Source: Dehalococcoidia bacterium
GTDB taxonomy: Bacteria > Chloroflexota > Dehalococcoidia > UBA6926
Assembly: GCA_963666115.2 (NCBI GenBank)
Contig: CAXXET010000008.1
Span: 128,001 to 192,000, forward strand
Length of the DNA stretch: 64,000 nucleotides
Direction of reading: 5' to 3'
Below, piece by piece: positions 39,784-49,617 of this stretch (position 1 is the stretch's first letter; every line of letters begins with the position of its first letter). The notes under the pieces were generated by a model. That model was given only the letters and a program-made list of their open reading frames with translations. It was not told the origin of the DNA and ran no database searches. The position numbers and the translations under genes were made by a program.

Positions 39784-40339
39784 CTAATTGAGCCGCCGAA
39801 GCAGCGGCAGCGCCTCCCCCAATCGGCTGCCGGAATTCCCCAGGCAGGCGAGCGCGACCTCAACAGCCGTGCTGTCGATGACGAACCGGGCGACATCATA
39901 GCGTTCGCCCGGTCGTTCGTTGCTCAGCAGCTCCACGAAGCGAGTTTTCCCCTCTATCTCGACGTTGTAGCCGGGCTGTGGGGAAAGGCCAATCGGCCCT
40001 GCTGGGCCCGGCCCCAACTCCACAATCATCACTGCGAGGTCCCGTTCCACGAGAGGAGTTGCGAGAGGGCCGCTGGGGACGCTCTCAAGGGTTCTGCTCG
40101 TGACGAGAGCCTTCATAGGTTCACCTTCCAGCCACCGATACTTGACCCGGACTGTATGGACCGGGCCCCGCCCCTTGCCCTCGCCCCACGAATCGAGGAC
40201 CGCGAGATCCGGCCCCAACGTCCAACCCGAACGCGACCATTGCCGCCTCCTGAACGATAGTCTCGAGCGGCCTCGCGGGTACCGGTAACTCCCGGTTCAG
40301 AGAGTCACTTTTTCCGATGAAGAGAACGCGGCGCGCCAT
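39784..40339 (-). CDS. Hypothetical protein (probable +1 frameshift at the G run near 40213-40216)
   Basis: ORFs 40121-40339 and 39784-40218 join as FGLDVGPDLAVLDSW if one G is removed. Confidence 0.45.
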
Positions 40340-40345
40340 GATTAT

Positions 40346-40822
40346 CTAGCACCAGAATGGTCCGGACGCCGAATCGTCATAGTCTGACTGACCCTGATTC
40401 CGAACTATATGAGTGCCTTCGACTCGGAAGTAGCCCGGGTTCACACATTCGTATACACCGGATGCCTTACATCCATAAGTGTTGGAGCAGAACTTCGTCG
40501 GAATTTTCACGGAGTGCCAGCCGAGGGTTTCAGAGTACTTCTGAAGGTCAGCCGCTACCGTGTGGTGATCAATCGGGGCAGTGCAGGATTGGGCACTCTC
40601 AAACCAGATCGAGCGACCGTGTACATTGTGCGAGGACCAACCCCAGCAGATGATCACTTCGTCCGACTGTGTGTACGCTTCGGCTTCCGAGGCGAAGCTC
40701 ACCGCCGGAGGCGTGCTCGACCCAACGACATCGTCCGCTTTGGCAGAAGCAACCCCCGGCGCCAAGGCCAACACCATAAGCGCAATTACCAACGCCTGAA
40801 CCGCGTGCTTCACTCTTAGCAT
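40346..40822 (-). CDS. Secreted Cys-containing hypothetical protein
   Basis: Signal peptide ending ALAPGVASA; several Cys residues. Confidence 0.55.
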   Translation of the reverse strand: MLRVKHAVQALVIALMVLALAPGVASAKADDVVGSSTPPAVSFASEAEAYTQSDEVIICWGWSSHNVHGRSIWFESAQSCTAPIDHHTVAADLQKYSETLGWHSVKIPTKFCSNTYGCKASGVYECVNPGYFRVEGTHIVRNQGQSDYDDSASGPFWC

Positions 40823-41015
40823 TGTTCCACTCCCTGCGAGCGTTAGTGGCCAGACCACCCAAAGTGTACACGTGACGCGTGAAATTGCCACCCCTCTTGC
40901 CAACGTGGCAGAAGTGACTGCTTGACCCCGAATCCCCCCCCCGCCGCTTGCGCCGCATCGCCGTCCTGTATGACACTAATCCTGAAACAACACACACGGT
41001 GGGGGGCATAGCCGG

Positions 41016-42170
41016 ATGAAGATTCACGAATACCAGGCCAAAGACGTCCTCAAGTCCTTCGGCGTCGCCGTGCCCAACGGGCGCGTCGCCGCCACTCCCG
41101 ATGAGGCGAGAGCCATCGCCGAGGAACTCGGCGGCAGGGGCGTCGTCAAGGCGCAGGTCCACGCCGGCGGGCGCGGCAAGGCCGGCGGCGTCAAGGTCGT
41201 CTCAAGCCCGGATGAGGCTGCGGAGTTCGCCGCCGGCCTGCTCGGCTCCAACCTCGTCACAGCGCAGACCGGCCCCGCCGGCGTCCCCGTCAACACCGTC
41301 CTGGTCGAAGAGCCGGTGGACATCGCCCAGGAACTCTACCTGAGCGTCACCGTGGACGGCGCGGCAAAATCGCCCGTCATCATCGCCTCCGCGGCGGGCG
41401 GCATGGAGATTGAGGAGATCGCCGAAACGTCGCCGGAAAAGATCACCCAGGTGCATATCGACCCGCTCATCGGCTACCAGCCCTTCGTTGGCCGTCGCGT
41501 CGCCGCGGCCCTGGAGCTTGACGCCGCTTTGGCGAGACCCTTTGGCGCGCTCCTTGGCGGCGTCGTCAACGCCTTCATCAAGAACGACTTGAACCTCGTC
41601 GAAATCAACCCCCTCGTCGTCACCGCCGAGGGCGCGCTTCTCGCCGCAGACGGCAAGATCGACACCGACGAAAACAGCCACTTCCGCCACCGCGACCTTG
41701 CCGAGCTGCGCGACGCAGACCAGGAAGACCCGCTGGAGCGCAACGCCAATGACAAGGGCGTCCAGTACGTCAAGCTGGACGGCGACGTTGGCTGCATGGT
41801 GAACGGCGCCGGCCTCGCCATGGCCACCATGGACGTGATCGCGCAGGTCGGCCACGCGCCCGCCAACTTCCTTGACGTGGGCGGCGGCGGCACCGAGGAG
41901 CAGGTCGCCGAGGCCTTCAAGATCATCGTCTCCGACCCGGACGTGAAGAAGGTCCTCATCAACGTCTTTGGCGGCATCCTCCGCTGCGACGTGCTGGCCA
42001 ACGGCATCGTCTCCGCCTACAAGGAGGTCGATGTCAACGTCCCCATCATCGTCCGCATGACCGGCACCAACGCCGACCAGGGCGCGGAAATCCTCCGCAA
42101 CTCGGACATCACCGTCGCAGTCGCCGCCGACCTCAACGACGCAGCCACCAAGGTTGCAGAGATTTCGTAG
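41016..42170 (+). CDS. sucC: Succinyl-CoA synthetase beta subunit
   Basis: [44 protein letters not shown]. Confidence 0.98.
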   Translation: MKIHEYQAKDVLKSFGVAVPNGRVAATPDEARAIAEELGGRGVVKAQVHAGGRGKAGGVKVVSSPDEAAEFAAGLLGSNLVTAQTGPAGVPVNTVLVEEPVDIAQELYLSVTVDGAAKSPVIIASAAGGMEIEEIAETSPEKITQVHIDPLIGYQPFVGRRVAAALELDAALARPFGALLGGVVNAFIKNDLNLVEINPLVVTAEGALLAADGKIDTDENSHFRHRDLAELRDADQEDPLERNANDKGVQYVKLDGDVGCMVNGAGLAMATMDVIAQVGHAPANFLDVGGGGTEEQVAEAFKIIVSDPDVKKVLINVFGGILRCDVLANGIVSAYKEVDVNVPIIVRMTGTNADQGAEILRNSDITVAVAADLNDAATKVAEIS

Positions 42171-42183
42171 GAGAAACAGATAA

Positions 42184-43074
42184 ATGAGCATTCTTGTTGG
42201 CGAGAACACCCGCGTCCTGGTTCAGGGCATGAGCGGACGCGAGGGAACCTTCCAGACCGAGCGCTGCATCGCCTTTGGCACCAACGTCGTGGCAGGCGTG
42301 ACGCCCGGCCGCGGCGGCACGACACACATCGACCGCCCCATGTACGACTCCGTTGCCGAGGCAGTAGAGCAGGAGGGCGCGAACGTCTCCCTCATCTTCG
42401 TCCCCGCCGCGTTCGCAACGGACGCTCTGCTTGAGGCCGCCGAGGGCGGCGTAGACCTGATCGTCTGCATCACGGACGGCCTGCCCACGCTGGACATGGC
42501 GCAGGTCGCCCAGTACCTCACAAAGAAGGGCGTCCGCCTCATCGGCCCCAACTGCCCCGGCCTCACCTCCGTCGCGGAGAAGCAAAAGGTCGGCATCATC
42601 CCCGGCAACATCCACGCGGAGGGGCGCATCGGCGTCATCTCCCGCTCCGGCACGCTGACCTATGAAGCCGTCTCCCAGCTAACCGCGCTCGGCATCGGCC
42701 AGTCCACCTGCGTCGGCGTCGGCGGCGACCCCATCATCGGCCTGCGCCACCGCGATGTGCTGGAACTATTCGAGAACGACCCTGACACGGACGCCGTCGT
42801 CCTCATCGGCGAGATCGGCGGCACTGGCGAGCAGGAAGCCGCGGACTACATCAAGAACCACATGAGCAAGCCCGTCACGGGATTCATCGCGGGTGCGACT
42901 GCCCCGCCCGGGCGCCGCATGGGACACGCCGGCGCCATCATCACGGGCACGGCGGCGACGGCGGAGGCCAAGAAACAGGCCCTCCGTGACGCCGGCTGCT
43001 ACGTCTCGGACAGCCCTGGCCAGATCGGCCTCACCGTCCAGCGGATGCTGGCAGAACGGAGGATTTCGGCTTAA
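42184..43074 (+). CDS. sucD: Succinyl-CoA synthetase alpha subunit
   Basis: [27 protein letters not shown]. Confidence 0.98.
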   Translation: MSILVGENTRVLVQGMSGREGTFQTERCIAFGTNVVAGVTPGRGGTTHIDRPMYDSVAEAVEQEGANVSLIFVPAAFATDALLEAAEGGVDLIVCITDGLPTLDMAQVAQYLTKKGVRLIGPNCPGLTSVAEKQKVGIIPGNIHAEGRIGVISRSGTLTYEAVSQLTALGIGQSTCVGVGGDPIIGLRHRDVLELFENDPDTDAVVLIGEIGGTGEQEAADYIKNHMSKPVTGFIAGATAPPGRRMGHAGAIITGTAATAEAKKQALRDAGCYVSDSPGQIGLTVQRMLAERRISA

Positions 43075-43159
43075 TTTGCCGATTTCGCGCACAGGCGCAT
43101 ACTGGTACTAGTGACAACATTCACAACTTGATCGGGTAGCCCCGGGGAGTCCTTTCGGT

Positions 43160-45697
43160 ATGCTTCTCACCCGCCTCGCCCTCCGCGCGCGCATCGTAAC
43201 GCTCGTTATCCTCGCCCTCCTGATCGCGGGCGGCATCTGGTCGTACTCCCGCCTCCAGGTCGAGTTCCTCCCCTCCGTCGATTTCCCCCTCGTCACCGTC
43301 GTCACCTTCTATCCGCAGGCGAGCCCGGAGACCGTCCTGGAGGACGTGACGATCCCCGTGGAGGACATCCTGCTGGAACAGGAATCCGTCTTGACGGTCT
43401 CCTCCACGTCCTCCCTCAACCTGTCGATCGCCTTTGCGGAGTTCGAATTCGGAACCGACGTGGTGGCAATCGAGGAGGCCGTCAAGGAAGAGATTGCCCG
43501 CCTCCAATTGCCTCCAACGGTTGCCGCGCCGCGCGTGGGGCGGCTCAGCTTCGAGCAGTTCCCCGTTTTCCAGGTGTCCATACGCAGCGGCCTCCCGCCC
43601 GAAGACCTGCAGGAGCTCGCGGAGAGCGAAGTCCTGCCCCGCCTGGAACAAGTCCCGGGCGTCGACAGCGCGACCATTCCCGCGAGCGCCGGCGCCGCAG
43701 GCGTCATCAGCCGCACGAACGGGCAGCCCAGCCTGACCATCGATGTGGTCAAGGGGCCGGACGACAACACCGTTGAGGTGGTCGACGCCGTGCAGGCCGA
43801 GCTGGAGCGGATCAAGGCAGACCTGCCCGTGGACGTGCAATTCACGGAAATATCCAACCAGGGGCCGGAGATCGAGGACTCCATCAACAAGCTGGGGCGG
43901 GAAGTCGCCCTGGGCGCGGCGCTGGCCGTCCTCGTCATCCTGGCCTTCCTCCTCAGCGTCCGCCCCACCTTCGTCACAGGCATATCCATCCCCGCCAGCC
44001 TGCTCATCGGCGTCATCGTCATGCACTGGCAGGGCATGAGCCTCAACATCGTCACGCTTGGCGGCCTGGCCATCTCGGCGGGCCGCGTCGTCGATGACTC
44101 CATCGTCGTCATGGAGAATATCTACCGCCACATCCAGGATGGCGAGGACCGCCTCCACGCCGCGTTCGAGGGCACGAAGGAAGTCGCCCTCCCAATCACC
44201 ATCGCAACCCTCACCACCATCGCCGTCTTTGCCCCCCTCGGCTTCATCGGCGGCATCGTCAGCGAGTTCTTCCTCCCCTTCGCCCTCGTCATCACCTACG
44301 CCCTGCTCGCCTCGCTGGTCGTCGCCCTCACGGCGGTGCCCGTCCTGGCGAGCCTGCTCATCAGGCGGCACGGCGAGGACACGGCGGCGGAAGCCCTCAC
44401 GCGCCGCATCGTCCGCGTCTACACCCCGATGATCACCTGGGCGCTTGGACACCGCCTCATCACCGTCCTCGGCGCGATTGTCCTGTTCCTCGGCAGCATG
44501 TCGCTTCTCGCCGGCATCCCCATCGGTTTCCTGCCCAGCAGCACACAGAACGTCTTGAGCATCGAAATCGAGGCCCCGCTGCCCACCCCGCCGGACGTCG
44601 TCGTCCAATATCTGGACGATGCGGAGGCGCGGCTGGAGCAACTGCGACTGGCCGGCGACGTTGAGGCGTACTCATCCCGTGTTGGCGGCGGCGGCGTGTT
44701 CCAGGGCGGCGCGGCCGGGCTCACGTCGATCAACATCACCGCCCGGCTGACCGAGGAGACGGACGCCGAGGCGATGGCCGCCATGCTCCGCGAGGACTTT
44801 GCTGGGCCCGGCCGCACCGTCTTCATCCAGCAGGCGCAGGGCGGCGGCCCCCCCGCCGGCGATCTCGAAGTGCGCCTGATCAGCGAGGACTACGCCCTTC
44901 TCCAGGAGGCCTCCGACAGGCTCATAGGGCCGATCAGCGAGCTCGACGGCGTGCTCAACGTTCGCTCCAACGCCATAGACGTCTCTGCCGCCGGCCCGTT
45001 CGCCGCGTCGATCCCCATTACGCGCGTGAACGGCCAGAGGACCGTCACCATCTCCGGCGTGATCACCGCGCAGGACACGCGCGCCGTGAGCGCGGAGATC
45101 GACCGTGTCGTTGCGGAGGTTGGCCTGCCGCCGGGCGTGGAGCGTGAGACGGGCGGCGTGTTCAGCGATATTCAGGAAGTCTTCACGCAGATGATCATCG
45201 CCATGGGCATCGGCGCGGTGCTGGTCTACGTCGTCATGTTCCTGGCGCAGCGTTCATTCATCACGCCGTTGATCATCCTGATCGCCGTGCCGCTCGCGTT
45301 CACGGGCGCGGTAATCGCGCTCTTCATCACGGGGCGCGCGCTGAGCCTGCCCGGGCTGATGGGGCTGCTAATGCTGATCGGCCTGGTCGTAACGAACGCC
45401 GTCGTCCTGATCGCCTTCGTAGACCAGGAAAGAGCGCGAGGCGCGCGCATACAGGACGCCCTGATAACGGGCGGCCAGGCGAGAATCCGCCCCATCCTGA
45501 TGACAGCCCTAACAACAAGCTTCGTCCTCCTCCCGCTAGCCCTGGAAGAAGCCGAAGGCGGCGGAGGCATAATAGGAGCAGAACTGGCGACAGTAATAAT
45601 AGGCGGCCTAATGACCTCCACAGTCCTAACCCTGGTAGTAATCCCAATAGTCTACCGCCTACTCCGCCGCGAACCCCCCACCGCTACAGGGACTTAG
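43160..45697 (+). CDS. RND (AcrB/SwrC-like) efflux permease, short form
   Basis: GRVVDDSIVVMENI, IGLVVTNAVVL, RIRPILMTA; 845 aa. Confidence 0.92.
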   Translation: MLLTRLALRARIVTLVILALLIAGGIWSYSRLQVEFLPSVDFPLVTVVTFYPQASPETVLEDVTIPVEDILLEQESVLTVSSTSSLNLSIAFAEFEFGTDVVAIEEAVKEEIARLQLPPTVAAPRVGRLSFEQFPVFQVSIRSGLPPEDLQELAESEVLPRLEQVPGVDSATIPASAGAAGVISRTNGQPSLTIDVVKGPDDNTVEVVDAVQAELERIKADLPVDVQFTEISNQGPEIEDSINKLGREVALGAALAVLVILAFLLSVRPTFVTGISIPASLLIGVIVMHWQGMSLNIVTLGGLAISAGRVVDDSIVVMENIYRHIQDGEDRLHAAFEGTKEVALPITIATLTTIAVFAPLGFIGGIVSEFFLPFALVITYALLASLVVALTAVPVLASLLIRRHGEDTAAEALTRRIVRVYTPMITWALGHRLITVLGAIVLFLGSMSLLAGIPIGFLPSSTQNVLSIEIEAPLPTPPDVVVQYLDDAEARLEQLRLAGDVEAYSSRVGGGGVFQGGAAGLTSINITARLTEETDAEAMAAMLREDFAGPGRTVFIQQAQGGGPPAGDLEVRLISEDYALLQEASDRLIGPISELDGVLNVRSNAIDVSAAGPFAASIPITRVNGQRTVTISGVITAQDTRAVSAEIDRVVAEVGLPPGVERETGGVFSDIQEVFTQMIIAMGIGAVLVYVVMFLAQRSFITPLIILIAVPLAFTGAVIALFITGRALSLPGLMGLLMLIGLVVTNAVVLIAFVDQERARGARIQDALITGGQARIRPILMTALTTSFVLLPLALEEAEGGGGIIGAELATVIIGGLMTSTVLTLVVIPIVYRLLRREPPTATGT

Positions 45698-45704
45698 TGA
45701 ACCG

Positions 45705-45935
45705 CTAGAGAGATTCTAGATGGGCAAAGAACGGCGCGACATCAATGCCTTCCAGGTCAAAGACTATTCGCAAGTCCTCTTCGCTAATCTGACCGTCCTT
45801 GAAGTCGAACAGGATCATGCGGCCAGGCACGAGAGGATGCACGAAAGCCTCGATCCCCTCATCTTCAACCACGCCATATCCCATCCTCATGAGAGCTGCG
45901 CGGACGGCGCTTCCTGAATATGACCTAGCTTGCAT
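45705..45935 (-). CDS. Small HicA-like hypothetical protein
   Basis: SGSAVRAALMRMGY...FVHP; overlaps the HicB-like gene. Confidence 0.4.
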   Translation of the reverse strand: MQARSYSGSAVRAALMRMGYGVVEDEGIEAFVHPLVPGRMILFDFKDGQISEEDLRIVFDLEGIDVAPFFAHLESL

Positions 45936-46218
45936 GTAGCAAAGCCTTGTCATCGACGGGCGTAACCGTCACGAGATCATCATCGCTGACAAGGTATGGA
46001 ATGGAATGCTTATCCAGATATGCCTTGACGCTCGTCACACCGCCGGAACTATACAGCGCATTCAGCCCCAATCTGACTGCCTTCACCAACCTCTCGTTGA
46101 CTGCCTCCTCGGTGTCGGCGTATACGCGAATGCTCGTGCCTGGAACAAACGCCACCCATCCTCCGTCTCCGTCGGAATCAAAGCGAAACAGTGACTTCAG
46201 ATCGATATGGAAAAGCAT
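45925..46218 (-). CDS. HicB-like protein
   Basis: DGDGGWVAFVPGTSIRVYADTEEAVNERLVKAV. Confidence 0.55.
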   Translation of the reverse strand: MLFHIDLKSLFRFDSDGDGGWVAFVPGTSIRVYADTEEAVNERLVKAVRLGLNALYSSGGVTSVKAYLDKHSIPYLVSDDDLVTVTPVDDKALLHAS

Positions 46219-46307
46219 GGCCTTATCCTTGGTGCTCCTTTCGTGATGGGGCTGGAAAAGCCCACACGCAATCAACTATACGCGCGTGCCGCAAACCTGT
46301 CACCCGC

Positions 46308-47093
46308 TCACCCCTCCCCAAACAACCCCCCCTCCACCCCCGCCCCATCCCCCGCCGCCGGTATCAACCGCGCAAACAACTCCCGCGGCGCCAACCGCCC
46401 CCGAAGCCCAGGCGAAAGCAGCTCCCACCGCCGCATCCACCAAGCCCCCTCCCTCAGCGCCGTCGTATAGCATCTCGCCGCCTCCCGCCGTTGCGCCAGC
46501 ACGCCGCGCACGTCAACCGCCGTCGTCGGACGCTGCGACTCCTGCGCGATCCGCAGCGCATCCCCCACGTCGCCCAGGCCCTTCCGCCGCGTCAACCTCC
46601 CGATCCGCAGCCGCGCCGCAAGCTGCCGCCGCGCAAACACGGCGGCATACAGCCGCGGCGCGCTGATCCCCGTCATCGACCCCACCGCCTGCAAGGTAGC
46701 CGCCCCAATCAGGATATGCTCGAGGTTCCCCGTCGCCCCCGTCGCATCGAAGGTGATGACAACGTCCGGACGAAGTCCGCGCAGTTCCGCGTGGATAGAG
46801 TTCGCGAGGTGGGGCAGGGAGGGATAAGTTGGCGCCAAAAACGTCTCCGCCGTAATCCCCAGCACGTCCGCCGCCGCCCCCAGCTCCGCCAGCCGCTGCG
46901 CCGACGGCCTCCCGTCCGCCTCCGGCCCAAACGGCCCGTAGATGACGTGAACGTCGTGCCCGCGTGATGCGTAGAGAGCCAGCGTCCCCCCGATGATGAA
47001 CGTCTCATCGTCCGGGTGGGCAAGCACGGCGACGATCGTGCGCGGCCCCGCCGCCCCGTGCTCCGCGCGTCCGTTTGAACCTGGCCGGCTCAT
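46308..47093 (-). CDS. PIG-L/LmbE family deacetylase
   Basis: VLAHPDDETFIIGGTLA, LRPDVVITFD. Confidence 0.85.
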   Translation of the reverse strand: MSRPGSNGRAEHGAAGPRTIVAVLAHPDDETFIIGGTLALYASRGHDVHVIYGPFGPEADGRPSAQRLAELGAAADVLGITAETFLAPTYPSLPHLANSIHAELRGLRPDVVITFDATGATGNLEHILIGAATLQAVGSMTGISAPRLYAAVFARRQLAARLRIGRLTRRKGLGDVGDALRIAQESQRPTTAVDVRGVLAQRREAARCYTTALREGAWWMRRWELLSPGLRGRLAPRELFARLIPAAGDGAGVEGGLFGEG

Positions 47094-47212
47094 GCCCGGA
47101 AGCCGTTCACCAGGCCCCGCGCATTCGGCGTGCGGGACGCCTATAATAGACGGAACCCTGACCGGTTTCCGGAACGGGAATCGGACGGGCGCGGCCACTG
47201 AGGGGAGGAAAA

Positions 47213-48115
47213 ATGCGCATCGGCGCCTTTGAAGTCGAGGAACCACTGCCGGAACTGCGTGATCCGCACATATTCGCTATCCTCCAGCCGTGGATCGACG
47301 TGGGCTCCGTCGGCACGCTCACCCTCGGCACGCTTGAAGACCAGTTTAACGCCACCGAACTGGGACGCCTCGCCCGCCCCAGCCAATTCTACGACCTCAC
47401 CCGCTACCGCCCCATGCTGCACCGCCGCGGCGGCGAGCGCTACGTGGAGATCCCCAACACCATCGTACGGTACGCGCAGGGCGACGGCGGCAACGATTTC
47501 GTCTTCCTCCACATCCTGGAGCCGCACTCCAACGGCGAGGATTTCGTCGAATCCCTGCTCGAATTGTCGGAGCGCCTGAACGTGCGCCGCTACTGCCAGG
47601 TCGGCGCGATGTACGGCTCCACCCCCCACACGCGGCCCCTGCTGGCGAGCGGGCAGGCGTCCGACCCAAACGTGCAGACGGTATTGGAGCGGGCGGGCGT
47701 TCGCACGTCCAACTACGAGGGGCCGACGAGCATGATGGCCATCGCCACGCAGGAGCTCCAGCGCCGTGGCGTCGAGACCCTCTCGGCGCTGATCCAACTC
47801 CCGCCCTACGCGCGCCTTGAGGAAGACCATCGCGGCCAGGAGAAGCTCCTCAAGCTCCTCTCGCCCGTCTACGGCTTCCAGATACCCGACCTCAACAAGA
47901 TCGAGCAGGACGGCGACCGCCAGTACGCGGAGATCGACCGCATGGCGCAGCGCGAGCCGCGCGTCCGCTCGCTGGTCAAGCAGCTCGAAGAGGCCTACGA
48001 CAGCGAGGTAGGCGCGAACCAGGGCGAGATCGGCGAAATGGAAGAGCAGGAGCCCCCGCGCCTCGCCCCGGACGTAGAAGACTTCCTCCGAGAACTGGAG
48101 CAGCGCGACGAATAG
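47213..48115 (+). CDS. PAC2 (proteasome assembly chaperone) family protein
   Basis: PWIDVGSVG, FYDLTRYRP, PHTRP, YEGPTS, LVKQLEEAYD. Confidence 0.88.
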   Translation: MRIGAFEVEEPLPELRDPHIFAILQPWIDVGSVGTLTLGTLEDQFNATELGRLARPSQFYDLTRYRPMLHRRGGERYVEIPNTIVRYAQGDGGNDFVFLHILEPHSNGEDFVESLLELSERLNVRRYCQVGAMYGSTPHTRPLLASGQASDPNVQTVLERAGVRTSNYEGPTSMMAIATQELQRRGVETLSALIQLPPYARLEEDHRGQEKLLKLLSPVYGFQIPDLNKIEQDGDRQYAEIDRMAQREPRVRSLVKQLEEAYDSEVGANQGEIGEMEEQEPPRLAPDVEDFLRELEQRDE

Positions 48116-48143
48116 GGGCGGGGACGCCGCCGCGCAGAAGCGC

Positions 48144-48836
48144 ATGGGACGTTATCACGTGAGACGGTCAGGCCGCATCCTCCCCGCCGCAGTTCTCATT
48201 GCGCTGGGCCTCCTCTTTCTCGCCGGCAACCTCTGGTCGTTCGACCTCTGGTCAACGCTGTGGCCGCTCGTCCTGATCGCCCTCGGCGTGCTGTGGGTCA
48301 TTCGCGGGCCGCTCTGGCTCGGCCTGCTGATCCTCACCACGGGCGGCATCTTCCTGGCCGACGGCCTGGGCATGGACGTCAGCATGGGCACGTACTGGCC
48401 CCTGCTCATCGTCGCGCTCGGCCTCGGCATCCTCCTGGAACGCACGAAATCAGGCCGCCGCCGCGCAAGCCCCCTCCCCGACGGGCAGGAGGTCCTGACC
48501 GACGACGAAAGCACGATCGAGGTATCCGCGACGTTCTCCTCCGCGAGCCGCTCTGTCCTCTCGCAGTCGTTCCGGGGAGGGACGGTTGCGGCGACGTTCG
48601 CCAACGTGGAGGTCGATATGCGGCAGGCGCGCCTGCACGAAAACGGGGCGGACCTGCAGATTTCCGCAACGTTCGGCGGCGTGACCCTCCGCGTGCCGCG
48701 CGATTGGGTCATCCACCAGGACGGCTCCGCAGTGCTGTCCGAGATAGACGACGTGCGGAGCAGCCACCCAACTGAAGGCCCGCCCCTCCGCCTGCGAACG
48801 TCAACAACATTCGGCAACGTGACAATAGAAGACTAG
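48144..48836 (+). CDS. LiaF-like cell-envelope stress membrane protein
   Basis: N-terminal TMs (LWPLVLIALG), then FRGGTVAATFANVEVDMRQA...VTLRVPRDW. Confidence 0.8.
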   Translation: MGRYHVRRSGRILPAAVLIALGLLFLAGNLWSFDLWSTLWPLVLIALGVLWVIRGPLWLGLLILTTGGIFLADGLGMDVSMGTYWPLLIVALGLGILLERTKSGRRRASPLPDGQEVLTDDESTIEVSATFSSASRSVLSQSFRGGTVAATFANVEVDMRQARLHENGADLQISATFGGVTLRVPRDWVIHQDGSAVLSEIDDVRSSHPTEGPPLRLRTSTTFGNVTIED

Positions 48837-48885
48837 GCGCCGTTCACCGTGAGCTTGTCGAAGGGTGAACAGAAAGGGAGGAATA

Positions 48886-49617
48886 ATGGGCACGAATAGG
48901 GCAGGGACGGGTGGCATTCTGTGGGCGCAGGTCATCGCGATGATGGTGCTGGGCATGGTGTTCGCCCAGGCGCTCGGCTGGATATTCTCCGATGAGCCGT
49001 GGAGCAGATTCGTCAGCATCGGCCTGGTATTCGGCCTCTCAAGCATCGCGTCCGTCCGCAAACGCCACCTCGCAAGCCTGCTCATCTTCGGCGGCGGCAT
49101 ACTCTGGTTCCTCCAGATCGTCCGCTTGGACTCCGCCGGCTGGATCGCCTTCGTCGGCTGGGCGCTGGTCGTGGCCGGACTCATCGTCTGGGTCTTCTTC
49201 AGCCACGGTCGCGTCGCCGCGTCTGACTCTGACGCTGAGTCCGAGGACGGGGAGAGCGTCATCGGCGGCGGCGTCACCGAGACGTCCGCAGACGAGATTC
49301 ACCTGAGCGGCAAGGCAACCAGCGCGCGCCGCATAGTAACGTCCCAGTCATTCCGGGGCGGCGAGGTCTCCGTCTCCCTCGGCACGTTGGAAATCGACCT
49401 CACATCCGCGCAGCTCGCCGAGGAAGGCGCATCCCTCGCGCTATCGTCGCAGATGGGCAACCTAACGCTGCGAGTCCCCGCCGATTGGACGCTCCAAATC
49501 GACGGCTCATTCAAAATGGGCGCAGTCAACGATGACCGCCCCGAAAAGCCAACGGAAGGCCCCGAACTCCGCCTAAACGTAAACACCTCAATGGGCAACA
49601 TCCACATCACAAACTAG
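48886..49617 (+). CDS. LiaF-like membrane protein (paralog)
   Basis: TMs followed by SQSFRGGEVSVSLGTLEIDLTSA...LTLRVPADW. Confidence 0.75.
   Translation: MGTNRAGTGGILWAQVIAMMVLGMVFAQALGWIFSDEPWSRFVSIGLVFGLSSIASVRKRHLASLLIFGGGILWFLQIVRLDSAGWIAFVGWALVVAGLIVWVFFSHGRVAASDSDAESEDGESVIGGGVTETSADEIHLSGKATSARRIVTSQSFRGGEVSVSLGTLEIDLTSAQLAEEGASLALSSQMGNLTLRVPADWTLQIDGSFKMGAVNDDRPEKPTEGPELRLNVNTSMGNIHITN

Noticed and set aside
45420-45697. Diversity-generating retroelement template/variable region pair
   Set aside because: No reverse transcriptase in the window; the changes are synonymous and towards A rather than A-to-N
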